From the sequence record PP216085: a stretch of 64,000 nucleotides of DNA; one strand, given 5' to 3'. Positions within the stretch are counted from its first letter, which is position 1; the number at the start of each line of letters is the position of its first letter. The position numbers and the translations under genes are program-made. The notes beneath the pieces are model-generated. The model was not told where the DNA came from and did no database searches. It saw only the letters and a list, made by a program, of their open reading frames with translations. The stretch comes from Escherichia phage vB_EcoM_HZ_ZJUN4. Below are positions 1-11,639 of the stretch, in pieces.

Positions 1-2484
1 TGCTTTAACTTCTTGACCGGCAATTAATCTTCCCAAAAGATTATGAATAGTTACGGTCCATTGTAATTTACCATTAGAATAGCTTCTTTCTATATAAGTA
101 ACATTACATCTTCCTGTAGCTGTATAAATCGTTTGTCCTACTAAGTCTTCGGTCAAAGAATCAGATTGAACGATTATATCATATTCAGTACCAGCCCCAG
201 ATTCAATTTCAATTTCAACTTCTTCATTATAAAGAACTTTAAAAAGAAATTTGTATGATGCTTCAATTCCTTTAGTAGAATAAAAATCATAGCTACGTGA
301 TTCAAAAAATCTTGCAACAGCATCACGTTTATCAGCATTTAAATAAATGTTTCTTTTATATATCTCTGACCACAAATATTCCCACGCATGCTCTTCTCGC
401 GGATATTGGTTACGAATTAAATTTCGTAAATTATTATACTGAGTTCCATATCCATCAGAAAGATACTGAATATATGCTTCGCAGAATGCCTCAAAATTAG
501 AATCCTGTAGCAAATAAGAATCAGGCATCATTGTGCCAATCAATGGTCTTAAATCAGGATCAGCTAATCCATGCTCTTCTTCCGGGGACCAAGGAGTTTC
601 ACGCTCTTGGTTTTGTAAAAATGCTTTTAAAAATATTCCAGTTGGCTTCCAAATTATTTCAACCGTGTCTCTCACTCGATAGTTAAAATCATAGTAAGAA
701 ATTATTTCACCAGAAGATTTATAAAAAAGCATCCCAGACGCATATTTTTTAAATCCCGTGAATTTAACATTTGGCATTACTATCGTGCAATCACCATCAT
801 CCCAATATTCATGAACTAATCTATCTGGCGATGTTTCCGGAATATTTTCTATAACTTTAGTGTATTTTAAATCAGCATAAACTACTACAGCTCTATCAGA
901 GTTGTTTATCCAACAGCGTGTGTTAGATTTTTTAGACCAGTTAAAGAATGGTTCTGCATAGTATTTCATCGGCTGAGGCGTAAAAGTTTCCCAATCAGAT
1001 TTTTCATCTGCTATAAATGCCATCATATGATAATGCTTATCAGCTAGCCATTCACGAGGAAATTCATATTTAACAGCACCGATTAACTGATATTTCGCTG
1101 CAGTTTCAGGGTCATTAACAATGTTATCACTTAAAAATTTAAAATTACTCGAAGATAGAGAAACTAATTTACCGTCAGTTGACATATTCGCATATCCAGG
1201 TTGAATACGTCTTCTTTCTTCTTCAGTGTTGCCAAAAACTCTTTTCCATGTTTTCGTAGCATGATTTAAAACATATATTCCTTTATCGGCAGAATCAATT
1301 ATTTTTGATGTTCTAGGATTAGCATTTAATGTTTCAACTTCACCAATAATAAGAGCAAAAACTTTATCACCGACAGAATCCATTTTATAACATACTGCTT
1401 TAGGATTTCCAGTTATAGTCATCGTATCAGGTTCAAATAGCCTTTCCGAATATGTTGGAGATAATGGGTCAGAATCTATAGGTGCATTACTCGTTTTTAT
1501 GTATCTAACTTTGTCTCTGGCGACAACGTAAATGTAATCATTAGTGCAAGTAATAGCTTCTGCAATGCGGTATACATTAGCTGGCAAAGTCGCGTAAGTG
1601 GCAAAAATTTCTACATCAAATCCTAGATGTAATTGGTCGCCAAGTTTAGCGAATGTTATATCCTGCGAACTAAATCTGACATCATCAGCTGACCATCTAA
1701 CATCAGTAGATTTGCGGCCATAGAAAATCTTGTCGTATCCTAGAACGTATGTTGTGTTTGCAGATTGGTAATATACAGTCTTAGATAAAGGATATCCTAC
1801 ACGGTCATTGAAGAGCTTTACAGCTTTCCAGGTTTGTCCTTTATCATTAGATACTTTAACTACAGGTTGATAACGCTCAAAAAGATATAGAATCCCTTCT
1901 GATTCCATCAAATAAACTCGGTTAATATCCTTACATACTTGCTGAATAGAACCTTGTATTTCATGATACTCATTTTCACCAATAATAAAATTACTTATTG
2001 ATGAAACATCAACATATGATGGGCTGAATTGAAACGATTCATTCATCAATGCAGCCATTATAGTGTCATTGTTAAAATTGACATAGTCAGAATTATTAAG
2101 AGTAAATTTTTCCTGAATGAATTTATTAGCTAATTGCATTTCAATCATGTTTTGAAATGTATAAGCGTTTGTAGCAAAAGTTTCAAACTCTTCAGTATAA
2201 ATCCAATCAGACTGCTCAAAATCCTGCGCAGCTGTAGCTACTCTAATAATGTACGATGTCAATGGGTCAGCATTATCAAAAAAGAAGCTGTTATTTGCAG
2301 TATATCCTAAGTTAACCCATCTGTATTGATTACTCGGGAGATTTTCCCCCGAGTCTGTTTTTGTCTCAGCGATTTCTACAAAATAGTAGAAATTAGCACC
2401 AACGTCATCCCAGCGTACTTGCACCTGATTTGCGGATAACTTGGAAATTCTGAGACTAGTGACTGAAGGTGCTTTTACTGTCAT
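1..2484 (-). CDS. 7: baseplate wedge protein gp7, N-terminal ~828 codons (gene continues past window start)
   Basis: Reverse complement of 2400-2484 translates MTVKAPSVTSLRISKLSANQVQVRWDDV, the gp7 N-terminus as I recall it; ATGA start/stop overlap with gene 6; gene order 53-5-6-7. Confidence 0.85.
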   Translation of the reverse strand, partial: MTVKAPSVTSLRISKLSANQVQVRWDDVGANFYYFVEIAETKTDSGENLPSNQYRWVNLGYTANNSFFFDNADPLTSYIIRVATAAQDFEQSDWIYTEEFETFATNAYTFQNMIEMQLANKFIQEKFTLNNSDYVNFNNDTIMAALMNESFQFSPSYVDVSSISNFIIGENEYHEIQGSIQQVCKDINRVYLMESEGILYLFERYQPVVKVSNDKGQTWKAVKLFNDRVGYPLSKTVYYQSANTTYVLGYDKIFYGRKSTDVRWSADDVRFSSQDITFAKLGDQLHLGFDVEIFATYATLPANVYRIAEAITCTNDYIYVVARDKVRYIKTSNAPIDSDPLSPTYSERLFEPDTMTITGNPKAVCYKMDSVGDKVFALIIGEVETLNANPRTSKIIDSADKGIYVLNHATKTWKRVFGNTEEERRRIQPGYANMSTDGKLVSLSSSNFKFLSDNIVNDPETAAKYQLIGAVKYEFPREWLADKHYHMMAFIADEKSDWETFTPQPMKYYAEPFFNWSKKSNTRCWINNSDRAVVVYADLKYTKVIENIPETSPDRLVHEYWDDGDCTIVMPNVKFTGFKKYASGMLFYKSSGEIISYYDFNYRVRDTVEIIWKPTGIFLKAFLQNQERETPWSPEEEHGLADPDLRPLIGTMMPDSYLLQDSNFEAFCEAYIQYLSDGYGTQYNNLRNLIRNQYPREEHAWEYLWSEIYKRNIYLNADKRDAVARFFESRSYDFYSTKGIEASYKFLFKVLYNEEVEIEIESGAGTEYDIIVQSDSLTEDLVGQTIYTATGRCNVTYIERSYSNGKLQWTVTIHNLLGRLIAGQEVKA

Positions 2485-4463
2485 TGTGATATAGGCTCCA
2501 AATCGATAGTTAAGTATTGTGGACGTAAATCATTTTCAAATACAATCAGTGAACCATCGCGTGTGAAAATAACATCGTCTATTGGATCAGAATATAGCTC
2601 AATAGTCTGAACCTCAAATTTATCGGATGTTAAATTAATTTTAGCGATATTCCAATAAATCATGTCAGCTGGATAATTTATTTCACCGATAACGTAGTAT
2701 TTGTCGCGTCCATCGGAACTTGCTAATTTATTAAAATCATTGCCTGTATATGGCTGAATGTTTTCATTTTCTGTAACATCACCCGAAGCAAATGGACCAA
2801 TAATAACTTTACCAATTCCTTTAGAATCTCGGTCTGTTGATACTATACGAACGTCATATAATACATCTTCTTCTAAGCCAGTATCAGGATTTACAACCTT
2901 TCGTCCGGAATTAAATGAAAACGTATTAGATTCCATAGAACGATCTTTTATTTGATTATTGTATTTAATACCCGCTTCAGGCGTTTTATAGAAGTTTTGT
3001 ACTTCACGTACCATTTGAATTGTCGCGGATGAGCCAATAATAGAATGATCTGCATCATCTACATATGTCAACATCTTAGATTTAGCGAAAGATGAGTTAA
3101 AAATTTCTACATCTTCGGTATAATAACGATCAATTTTATCAATTATTTGACCTTCTAGCCACTGTTCTGATTCTTGCAGCTTATTTAAAGCATATGTGAC
3201 TTTTAAATTAGTCTTAACAAAAAGATAATTAGGAGAAATAATTGATGGTGTAATAGGAGCTAAATTATAATCTTTGAGATAATTTTTAATATCTTCACGT
3301 TGTACAGTAGTTAAATATAGTCCTGATTTAGGTTTAGCAGCAATAAATGCATAACCAGGCTTAGTAGAATCAGTGAAAGTCTGAACTGCTTGAATAATAG
3401 AACCGAATCTTTCTGAGACGAATGTATCATAATCAGTCGCAGTTACGCATCGTTGCTGGGTTTCACGTTTAATAGTACCCAATTCGCGAATACGTTCAAT
3501 ATCTTCTGGGTCACCGCCGCCATCTGCCCCAACAAAATCTGGGTCATCGTTTGGGTTTTCGTTAATATTGATGACAGTTATATTTGTTAATGTATCTGCG
3601 TATGAAAATCCGACTGCACCGTTCGCATCTGCACCGTTAGTACTGATGTACTCAATAACAATCGTAGAGTTCTGAGTAGGTTTAAGACCTCCAATATAAT
3701 TAGCAGTCAATGCTCCTTCTGCCGCATTAACGGAAATCTCACCTTCACCAAAATAAAATTCAGTATTTCCATCAATAGTTTCACGCATGTAGTAAATTGT
3801 TGATGTAGAACCAGCATGAACCATTGACTTTCTTGTCCAGTTAATCCATTCTGCTCCATCAACGTATAGTTTAACTTGGTTTCTATCTATATTTTTGTCA
3901 TAAATGATAATAGGTGTTAATTTATCATAAATGATTTCAGTTCTTACTATACGTCCCTGGGCTAATTTTAAACGCGGAAAATATTGGTTATTTTTATCGC
4001 GAATAGCAATAACATCTTCAGTAGATACAAAGTTATAAGGATTAACGGAAGTATCTTTTGCATATGCTAAAAAGCGAGTACCGCGAGGAATAGTAATGTA
4101 ATTTCTATTCAATGCGTCTGTGCAAGTTAGCATAATTTCAGTTTGAGCAGCTGATTTTGAAGTAGGTAAATATCCATTATCTTGTGCCGCTTGAACTACT
4201 GAACTACGTAAGTTAGCAGTACGCATAAAGCTTTCATATACAGCAGCATTACCAAACTGCTGAATGTACAATGTATTATAAGCCAAAAGGTCACACAGAA
4301 CGTTTAATCTTGAGCCTTCAAAATCATAATCCAAAAATTCATTTTGGCCATTAAGCCATTCAATGAGGTTTTGTTTTATTTCAGCAAATGTACCCCCGAC
4401 GAATATCTCGGGAATAGCATTTGCTGTTCTTGTTAATTGATAATTTACAGGGGTCTTTGCCAT
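2481..4463 (-). CDS. 6: baseplate wedge protein gp6 (660 aa)
   Basis: 660-aa ORF starting MAKTPVNYQLTRTAN; length and position between 5.4 and 7 match T4 gp6. Confidence 0.93.
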   Translation of the reverse strand: MAKTPVNYQLTRTANAIPEIFVGGTFAEIKQNLIEWLNGQNEFLDYDFEGSRLNVLCDLLAYNTLYIQQFGNAAVYESFMRTANLRSSVVQAAQDNGYLPTSKSAAQTEIMLTCTDALNRNYITIPRGTRFLAYAKDTSVNPYNFVSTEDVIAIRDKNNQYFPRLKLAQGRIVRTEIIYDKLTPIIIYDKNIDRNQVKLYVDGAEWINWTRKSMVHAGSTSTIYYMRETIDGNTEFYFGEGEISVNAAEGALTANYIGGLKPTQNSTIVIEYISTNGADANGAVGFSYADTLTNITVININENPNDDPDFVGADGGGDPEDIERIRELGTIKRETQQRCVTATDYDTFVSERFGSIIQAVQTFTDSTKPGYAFIAAKPKSGLYLTTVQREDIKNYLKDYNLAPITPSIISPNYLFVKTNLKVTYALNKLQESEQWLEGQIIDKIDRYYTEDVEIFNSSFAKSKMLTYVDDADHSIIGSSATIQMVREVQNFYKTPEAGIKYNNQIKDRSMESNTFSFNSGRKVVNPDTGLEEDVLYDVRIVSTDRDSKGIGKVIIGPFASGDVTENENIQPYTGNDFNKLASSDGRDKYYVIGEINYPADMIYWNIAKINLTSDKFEVQTIELYSDPIDDVIFTRDGSLIVFENDLRPQYLTIDLEPISQ

Positions 4464-4471
4464 TTTAAATC

Positions 4472-4765
4472 CTATTTAATGAATACTTTAGATGATGCCT
4501 GAGCCACAGTATCACCGCATGATATTGGATCAGCCATTTGAACAGCTTTCTTTCCAGTGACATATACCTTAGAAGTTCTAGGTTGTGTCACTCCGCCATG
4601 TGTTTCATATGGCTTTTTAATTTCTGTATGCTCTGTAATTGGATCACCTGCTACGAGAACAGCAATTCCTCCAGTGAATACTTTACTTTGTGTAGCATTC
4701 ACAACTGTTGGAGGCCATGCTTCATGGCCAGCAGTAACACACTTATCATAACTTAATCCTGACAT
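4472..4765 (-). CDS. 5.4: PAAR-type spike-tip protein gp5.4 (97 aa)
   Basis: 97-aa ORF immediately downstream of gene 5 cluster; size and Cys/His-containing sequence match T4 gp5.4. Confidence 0.88.
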
Positions 4766-5322
4766 TATTGCCTCTCATATACGTAGCTTCTCAATTTATT
4801 AGCCCAACGGCTCCAATTTCCAACTATAGTTTTTGTGTAATTTTTAACAAGAGTTTTTCTTATTGGAGCAGGAGGATCGGTTGGTTCAGTAGTATCAGAA
4901 GATGACCTAGAATTACTGCCAGAACCTCCAGATTCACTTTGTTCTTGGTAGTCATATATTAATGTTACTTCGTAAGTGAATGTCTTCTGAAGGTTTTGAG
5001 GAGCTTTCCATAGATATAACTGAGTATTAGAATCAGTTGGAAGGTCTTCCCACGAAGCAGCAGTTTTAAATTCATCATCTAAACGATATTTCAATGCGTC
5101 ATTTCCAAATCCAAACACAGATTCATACGTTCCATATAAACGATTTTCTTCTACTGAAACTCCAGGAGTTTCATCGTAACTAGTTATATTTATAGATACT
5201 AACGTTTCACCCGTTTCTAATTGAGCGGTAAAGGTGACGTCGATAGAAGAACCTTCCATGGATTCTCCTAAATCAGCGCTCATTGGAAGTATATTAGCCA
5301 ATGTCAATCCTCGATCCATCAA
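4765..5322 (-). CDS. conserved hypothetical protein in gp5.1 position (185 aa)
   Basis: 185-aa ORF between genes 5 and 5.4, overlapping the end of gene 5; acidic Ser/Gly-rich C-terminus; identity to T4 5.1 assumed from position only. Confidence 0.65.
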
Positions 5323-7021
5323 TTGTGTATTGACCAGATGAAATAGAACTCATAGATGCCATTTTTTCTGTCCAATCACCACCAACGTCCCAATCAACTG
5401 TCCCAGCAACTTTCCAAGAAAGATTTCCATTTACTGTATTAGTTTGATTTCCTTCAACTAAAGTAGTAGCATCCCCTTTAACTGTAATGTCAGCATTACC
5501 TTCAACTACAATAGTAACATTACCTTTTACTAGGATAGTTCCATTACCTTCAACTGTCTTAGTTTCATCGCCACGTACAAATATTGTATTGCTTCCATCT
5601 ATTTGATGGAGACGATTATCCATGTTGTAATAAATTTCTGATCCACCGACGTTAGTCTTTTTATCGCCAGCTACCAAAAAATTACCATCAGCATTTGTTA
5701 TATCATACAAATTATCAACAGTTTTTCTTGTTCTTCTTCCTGACGGTGATACTTCCTCATATGTTCCAGTCGGATGAACTAATCTGTATCGTTCTTGTCC
5801 CGGGGTATCGTCAAATTCCTGAATATGACCGCTTTCAGTTTCCATTGTATGAACATACGGATATTCACCTTTATATGAAGAAACAGGTTCTTTAAATAAA
5901 ATTCTCGAATCATTCGGAATAGGAGGGTCAGCTGGATCAGAAGACTTTGCTACAGCAGCAGCCATTGCTGACAAAGACCTAGCCGGTGTTTTCACTTCAA
6001 TACCGTATGATTCCAAATTACCTGTAAGAATAATCATGGTAACACGGGATGCACGGCCTTTTGTTTGTTGATACCACAATGAATCACGACCAGCTTTATA
6101 TGCTTTTTCCCAATCTCCGGCTAACATAGCTGTTAACATTGTGTTAAATTTAGCTACACCGCCAACACCCATCTGAAATGCCATATTTTCTAATGCCATT
6201 TGACGAGAACGATTAACTGCTTTCCAAACTGGGCCAACTTTAGAATGTGATTTAATGTCACGTTGCATATCAGCTAAATCACGTTCAAATAAAGTTACCG
6301 CTTCTTCCATTGTAATAGAACCTGGATTTCCGGTAATTTCACGACCAACTTGTTTTGATAAAACTTTATTAATTTGGGCCATATCACGAACTGGCTGCTT
6401 CATGATAAGATGACCAATACCAATTGTCGGATATCCTTCAGTATCCCAATAAACTTTTAGTCTTAATCCTTCATCACGGCGAAGCATTTCAGCCATTGAC
6501 ATATTTGGATTATCATCAGTTGGAATCTCTGATAGCGGTCTATCATCGGGATTTATCGCAGTGTCTAGATTACTATCTTGGATAATATTAGAAGACGAAT
6601 CATATCCTACTTCTCCGCCTTGGTTTAATACGTTAGTATCATTTCCTAGACGTCTAGGATACTGACCAGTTGGGTCAGAAAATCCTTCAAGTCTATTAGG
6701 TTTTTCGCGAACTATTCCACCATACGTTCCAAGGACAATTCCGTTAGTTTTCCATTTGTCTAAAAAATGACCATATACTCTAGTTCCTTCTACTGGCCCT
6801 GTAACAGAACCTCCAATTCCAGACATTGCTGCAGAAGTTATAGGTTGAATAACTGACATCCATGGTAATTTATCAGTTGGAATACCCATTACATCGCCTT
6901 GCGCTCTTTGAGGTGGATGCAGACCAACTACACGAACACGAACACGACCTAATTTTAATGGGTCCATTCTATCTTCAACAACACCAACAAACCAATTGAG
7001 GTTATTACTTATCATTTCCAT
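5294..7021 (-). CDS. 5: baseplate hub / cell-puncturing protein gp5 with internal lysozyme domain (575 aa)
   Basis: 575-aa ORF; central region resembles T4 lysozyme (EGLRLKVYWDTEGYPTIGIGHL); C-terminal VxGxxxxx beta-helix repeats. Confidence 0.94.
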   Translation of the reverse strand: MEMISNNLNWFVGVVEDRMDPLKLGRVRVRVVGLHPPQRAQGDVMGIPTDKLPWMSVIQPITSAAMSGIGGSVTGPVEGTRVYGHFLDKWKTNGIVLGTYGGIVREKPNRLEGFSDPTGQYPRRLGNDTNVLNQGGEVGYDSSSNIIQDSNLDTAINPDDRPLSEIPTDDNPNMSMAEMLRRDEGLRLKVYWDTEGYPTIGIGHLIMKQPVRDMAQINKVLSKQVGREITGNPGSITMEEAVTLFERDLADMQRDIKSHSKVGPVWKAVNRSRQMALENMAFQMGVGGVAKFNTMLTAMLAGDWEKAYKAGRDSLWYQQTKGRASRVTMIILTGNLESYGIEVKTPARSLSAMAAAVAKSSDPADPPIPNDSRILFKEPVSSYKGEYPYVHTMETESGHIQEFDDTPGQERYRLVHPTGTYEEVSPSGRRTRKTVDNLYDITNADGNFLVAGDKKTNVGGSEIYYNMDNRLHQIDGSNTIFVRGDETKTVEGNGTILVKGNVTIVVEGNADITVKGDATTLVEGNQTNTVNGNLSWKVAGTVDWDVGGDWTEKMASMSSISSGQYTIDGSRIDIG

Positions 7022-7595
7022 AAGATTTCTCCATTATACGTATAAGGTCGTTCATAAATGAATTGATGTCTGATTTTGCTATTATTTTTATTTGACGAAG
7101 TTTTTCATTTTCAAGAACAGCAGCTTCATACGTATCGACCGCAGCAAGTGCTCCTTCATATTGAGGATATTTTCTGGCTTTATCGCCTTTGTCATACCAA
7201 ACATATGGATTATCATCGTATGATATTAAATTATAAAATTTTTCACCATTCTCATTCACATGATATACTATTTGGTCTCCACCTATGTTTTTGTATTTTT
7301 GTATAGATGCTTGATAAGCAGCTTCTTGCGAAGTAATCCATCCATAATACGGATCATAATTATCATTACACATCAATAAAACCCAATACAACTGCGGATT
7401 TCCATATATAGCATTTGCTAATTCTTCCGGGCGTGGTGAACCTTTAATATAATAAGTACGTAAACGGTATCCCGCAAGAGCGCGTTTGAAATAGTCTTTA
7501 TAGTTTCTAAAAATGTCTGTCATAGGAATAGTCGGCGCGTTTTTATTCACCGTTTTGGCCGCATATTCAATCGGATCAAAAAATGTAAAGAGCAT
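7005..7595 (-). CDS. 53: baseplate wedge protein gp53 (196 aa)
   Basis: 196-aa ORF upstream of gene 5, overlapping its start; length and order match T4 gp53. Confidence 0.9.
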   Translation of the reverse strand: MLFTFFDPIEYAAKTVNKNAPTIPMTDIFRNYKDYFKRALAGYRLRTYYIKGSPRPEELANAIYGNPQLYWVLLMCNDNYDPYYGWITSQEAAYQASIQKYKNIGGDQIVYHVNENGEKFYNLISYDDNPYVWYDKGDKARKYPQYEGALAAVDTYEAAVLENEKLRQIKIIAKSDINSFMNDLIRIMEKSYGNDK

Positions 7596-7608
7596 GGGCC
7601 CTCCTGTT

Positions 7609-7616
7609 TATAAATA
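7609..7616 (+). promoter_or_regulatory. late promoter TATAAATA upstream of gene 4
   Basis: Exact TATAAATA about 27 nt upstream of the gene 4 ATG in the divergent 53/4 intergenic region. Confidence 0.6.
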
Positions 7617-7623
7617 TATTATC

Positions 7624-7631
7624 TATTTATA
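7624..7631 (-). promoter_or_regulatory. late promoter TATAAATA (minus strand) upstream of gene 53
   Basis: TATTTATA on plus strand equals TATAAATA on minus strand, about 30 nt upstream of the gene 53 start. Confidence 0.6.
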
Positions 7632-7642
7632 AGGAGAATCCA

Positions 7643-8095
7643 ATGGCATATTCTGGAAAATGGGTTCCTAAAAATATATCAAAATATAGAGGTGACCCTA
7701 AAAAAATTACGTATAGATCAAATTGGGAAAAATTCTTTTTTGAATGGTTAGATAAAAATCCAGAAATTATTGCATGGGGTAGTGAAACAGCAGTAATTCC
7801 TTATTTTTGTAATGCAGAAGGGAAAAAACGTAGATACTTCATGGATATTTGGATGAAAGATTCTTCTGGGCAAGAATTTTTTATTGAAATAAAACCTAAA
7901 AAAGAAACACAACCACCAGTTAAACCAGCACATCTAACAACTGCAGCGAAGAAAAGATTTATGAATGAAATTTATACATATTCCGTTAATACTGACAAAT
8001 GGAAAGCAGCACAATCTTTAGCTGAAAAGCGTGGAATAAAATTTAGAATTCTAACAGAAGATGGATTACGAGCTCTTGGCTTTAAGGGGGCATAA
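7643..8095 (+). CDS. 4: head completion protein gp4 (150 aa)
   Basis: 150-aa ORF with AAGGAG ribosome-binding site; size and order (53|4-2-3-1) match T4. Confidence 0.88.
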   Translation: MAYSGKWVPKNISKYRGDPKKITYRSNWEKFFFEWLDKNPEIIAWGSETAVIPYFCNAEGKKRRYFMDIWMKDSSGQEFFIEIKPKKETQPPVKPAHLTTAAKKRFMNEIYTYSVNTDKWKAAQSLAEKRGIKFRILTEDGLRALGFKGA

Positions 8096-8919
8096 TGGCT
8101 ATTTTTCAAATAATTAATGAAAGCACTCCCCAAGTTCCAAAGGTTAAGCAATCATTAAACGAAAAGAAATGGATTCAGATAGGTCTTGAATACAAAAAGG
8201 CCAAAGCAAAAGGAATGACAGGAAAGCAATTTGCTGAAGAAAAAGGAATTAAATATTCTACGTTTACTTCGGCAATGTCAAAATATGCTTCAGGAATTAA
8301 AACGGCTGAAAAGATTCAAAAGCTTGAATCAAAACCAATGAATAAACTCAATAAGCAAGAAAGACAACTGCTTATGATAAATTCATTCAGACAAACATTG
8401 CGTGATAAAATTCGTAATGAAGGCGCAGCAATTAATAATAAAACCAGAAAGTGGTTTGCTGAAACTATTAAGCAGGTAAAAGGACATAAAGTTGTTCGCC
8501 CGCAGCCGGGACGAATATATGCTTTTGCTTATGATGCTAAACACAAGGAAACTCTTCCTTATTGGGATAAATTTCCTTTGATAATTTACCTCGGTTTAGG
8601 TAAACATAATTTAATGTATGGATTGAACTTGCACTATATTCCACCTAAAGCTCGTCAGCAATTTCTAGAAGAGCTTTTAAAGCAATATTCAAATACACCT
8701 ACTATTACTAATAAAACGAAATTAAAAATTGATTGGAGTCAAGTGAAAGGATTTAGGGGTGCAGACCAAATGATTAAGGCATATATACCCGGTAATATTA
8801 TGGGTAGCCTTGTTGAAATCGCCCCGAAAGACTGGGCGAACGTTGTGTTAATGCCACTTCAGCAGTTCGTTTCAAAAGGAAAACGTTTCTCTGCAAACAA
8901 AGTCTGGTCAAATATCTAA
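8095..8919 (+). CDS. 2: DNA end-protector protein gp2 (274 aa)
   Basis: 274-aa ORF, start overlapping the gene 4 stop; matches T4 gp2 size and position. Confidence 0.88.
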   Translation: MAIFQIINESTPQVPKVKQSLNEKKWIQIGLEYKKAKAKGMTGKQFAEEKGIKYSTFTSAMSKYASGIKTAEKIQKLESKPMNKLNKQERQLLMINSFRQTLRDKIRNEGAAINNKTRKWFAETIKQVKGHKVVRPQPGRIYAFAYDAKHKETLPYWDKFPLIIYLGLGKHNLMYGLNLHYIPPKARQQFLEELLKQYSNTPTITNKTKLKIDWSQVKGFRGADQMIKAYIPGNIMGSLVEIAPKDWANVVLMPLQQFVSKGKRFSANKVWSNI

Positions 8920-9025
8920 TTCTATTATCTTCCATTCTTTTCTATTGTTTGTTCTAATTGGAATTGAATGGAAGGGACTTAGACCCATTATACCACCAAC
9001 ATTTATAAAGCATTATGAGGAATAT

Positions 9026-9556
9026 ATGTCACAAGCTCTGCAACAAATTTTTAACCAAGCAAATACAACTAACTTTGTAGTATCAATACCGCATAGTAAT
9101 ACTACATCTGCTTTTACTTTAAATGCTCAGTCAGTTCCTATTCCGGGAATTAGGATACCTGTTACTGATACCGTGACTGGGCCGTTTGGACTGGGCAGAG
9201 CACAACGTCCAGGAGTTACATTTGAGTACGACCCACTCATCGTGAGATTTATAGTTGATGAAGAGCTTAAGTCGTGGATAGGAATGTATGAATGGATGCT
9301 AGGAACTAGTAACTATCTTACAGGCGAAAATACTGCCCAAAAAACAGGTCCTGAATACATTACGCTTTACATTTTAGATAACAGTAAAACTGAAATCGTG
9401 ATGTCAATAAATTTTTATAAGCCTTGGGTTTCTGACCTGTCCGAAGTAGAATTTAGCTACACGGAAGATTCAGACCCGGCTTTAGTATGTACAGCAACGA
9501 TTCCTTATACGTATTTTCAAGTAGAAAAAGATGGTAAAATTATAGCAGAAGTTTAA
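9026..9556 (+). CDS. 3: tail completion / sheath stabiliser gp3 (176 aa)
   Basis: Internal ATG (MSQALQQIF) with GAGG ribosome-binding site gives 176 aa, the T4 gp3 size; the track's upstream extension has no ribosome-binding site. Confidence 0.85.
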   Translation: MSQALQQIFNQANTTNFVVSIPHSNTTSAFTLNAQSVPIPGIRIPVTDTVTGPFGLGRAQRPGVTFEYDPLIVRFIVDEELKSWIGMYEWMLGTSNYLTGENTAQKTGPEYITLYILDNSKTEIVMSINFYKPWVSDLSEVEFSYTEDSDPALVCTATIPYTYFQVEKDGKIIAEV

Positions 9557-9605
9557 TGCTTCAGTTTCATGTGTTATAATCTTAACTAAATTTGAGGAGA
9601 AACAT

Positions 9606-10318
9606 ATGAAACTAATCTTTTTAAGTGGTGTAAAGCGTAGTGGAAAAGATACTACTGCAGATTTTATTATGAATAATTATTCTGCAGTTAAATATCAACT
9701 TGCTGGTCCTATTAAAGATGCATTGGCTTATGCATGGGGTGTATTTGCAGCAAACACTGACTATCCTTGCTTAACTCGTAAAGAGTTTGAAGGAATTGAC
9801 TATGATCGTGAGACTAATTTAAATCTGACTAAATTAGAAGTAATTACGATTATGGAACAAGCATTTTGCTATCTTAATAGTAAAAGCCCAATTAAAGGCG
9901 TGTTTGTTTTTGATGACGCAGTTAATTTCGTAGCATTTAACAAGATTGCTGACGTTATAAATAATATTGAAGATCAATGGTCAGTCCGTCGTCTGATGCA
10001 AGCCCTAGGTACGGATTTGATTGTTAATAACTTCGACCGCATGTATTGGGTAAAATTATTTGCTTTAGATTATCTTGATAAATTTAACTCAGGTTATGAT
10101 TATTATATCGTTCCTGATACTCGTCAAGATCATGAAATGGATGCGGCTAGGGCGATGGGTGCTACAGTAATTCATGTAGTTCGTCCTGGTCAAAAATCCA
10201 ATGATACACATATTACAGAAGCTGGATTGCCAATTCGTAATGGTGATTTAGTAATTACAAACGATGGTTCTCTTGAAGAACTTTTTTCTAAAATTAAAAA
10301 TACACTAAAGGTACTATA

Positions 10319-10319
<1 letters not shown>
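9606..10319 (+). CDS. 1: dNMP kinase gp1 (237 aa)
   Basis: P-loop GVKRSGKDT near N-terminus; size and position upstream of 57A. Confidence 0.9.
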
Positions 10320-11016
<697 letters not shown>

Positions 11017-11028
11017 TTTCACAAAGTT

Positions 11029-11058
11029 GTTTACACGCTGATGAGGTAGTGATACTAT
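11029..11058 (+). promoter_or_regulatory. early promoter (GTTTAC -35, GATACTAT -10)
   Basis: T4 early-promoter-like motif ACAAAGTTGTTTAC followed by TGATACTAT; same architecture recurs at least 14 times in the window. Confidence 0.6.
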
Positions 11059-11088
11059 TATCTCATCAAAATTAATTAGGAAAATAAA

Positions 11089-11376
11089 ATGAAAACATTT
11101 AAAGAATTTACTTCTACAACTACCCCGGTTTCTACCATTACCGAAGCTACTCTTACTTCTGAAGTTATTAAAGCAAATAAAGGACGAGAAGGTAAACCAA
11201 TGATTAGTCTGGTTGATGGCGAAGAAATCAAAGGTACTGTTTACCTAGGCGATGGGTGGTCTGCTAAAAAGGACGGTGCTACAATCGTTATCTCTCCTGC
11301 TGAAGAAACTGCGTTGTTTAAAGCTAAACACATTTCTGCGGCACATCTCAAAATTATTGCTAAAAATCTTTTGTAA
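11089..11376 (+). CDS. ipI: internal protein I-like capsid-targeted protein (95 aa)
   Basis: N-terminal capsid targeting sequence MKTFKEF and ITE/LTSE protease sites; cleavage after ITE would leave 76 aa, the size I recall for mature IpI. Confidence 0.75.
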   Translation: MKTFKEFTSTTTPVSTITEATLTSEVIKANKGREGKPMISLVDGEEIKGTVYLGDGWSAKKDGATIVISPAEETALFKAKHISAAHLKIIAKNLL

Positions 11377-11394
11377 TAAATATTTCACAAAGTT

Positions 11395-11424
11395 GTTTAC
11401 ATAGGGTTTTAGTTGTGATACTAT
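11395..11424 (+). promoter_or_regulatory. early promoter
   Basis: ACAAAGTTGTTTAC ... TGATACTAT, near-identical to the promoter at 11029. Confidence 0.6.
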
Positions 11425-11452
11425 TACCCTATCAACTACTGAGGAGAATAAA

Positions 11453-11638
11453 ATGAAACGTTGTGAATTAATTCGAAATGTTGCTATTGCAATTTCTGCT
11501 TCTGCTTTTAGTTTTTCAATGTTTGTTGGATTTATATGTGGATTATTAACTACAGCAGAAAACGTTTTTTCACTTGTAGTAGCATTTTTAATTGGTTTAA
11601 TCGCTATTGTTATGGATAAAATTTCTAAAGGTGAATAG
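11453..11638 (+). CDS. small membrane protein (61 aa)
   Basis: ORF with GAGGAG ribosome-binding site and two hydrophobic stretches. Confidence 0.55.
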   Translation: MKRCELIRNVAIAISASAFSFSMFVGFICGLLTTAENVFSLVVAFLIGLIAIVMDKISKGE

Positions 11639-11639
11639 A

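Noticed and set aside
2758-7306. Plus-strand ORFs of 64-76 aa inside the baseplate gene block (2758-2955, 4538-4756, 4557-4751, 5695-5895, 7076-7306)
   Set aside because: They lie antisense within strongly supported minus-strand genes 6, 5.4, 5 and 53, and have no promoter or ribosome-binding site; they are shadow ORFs.
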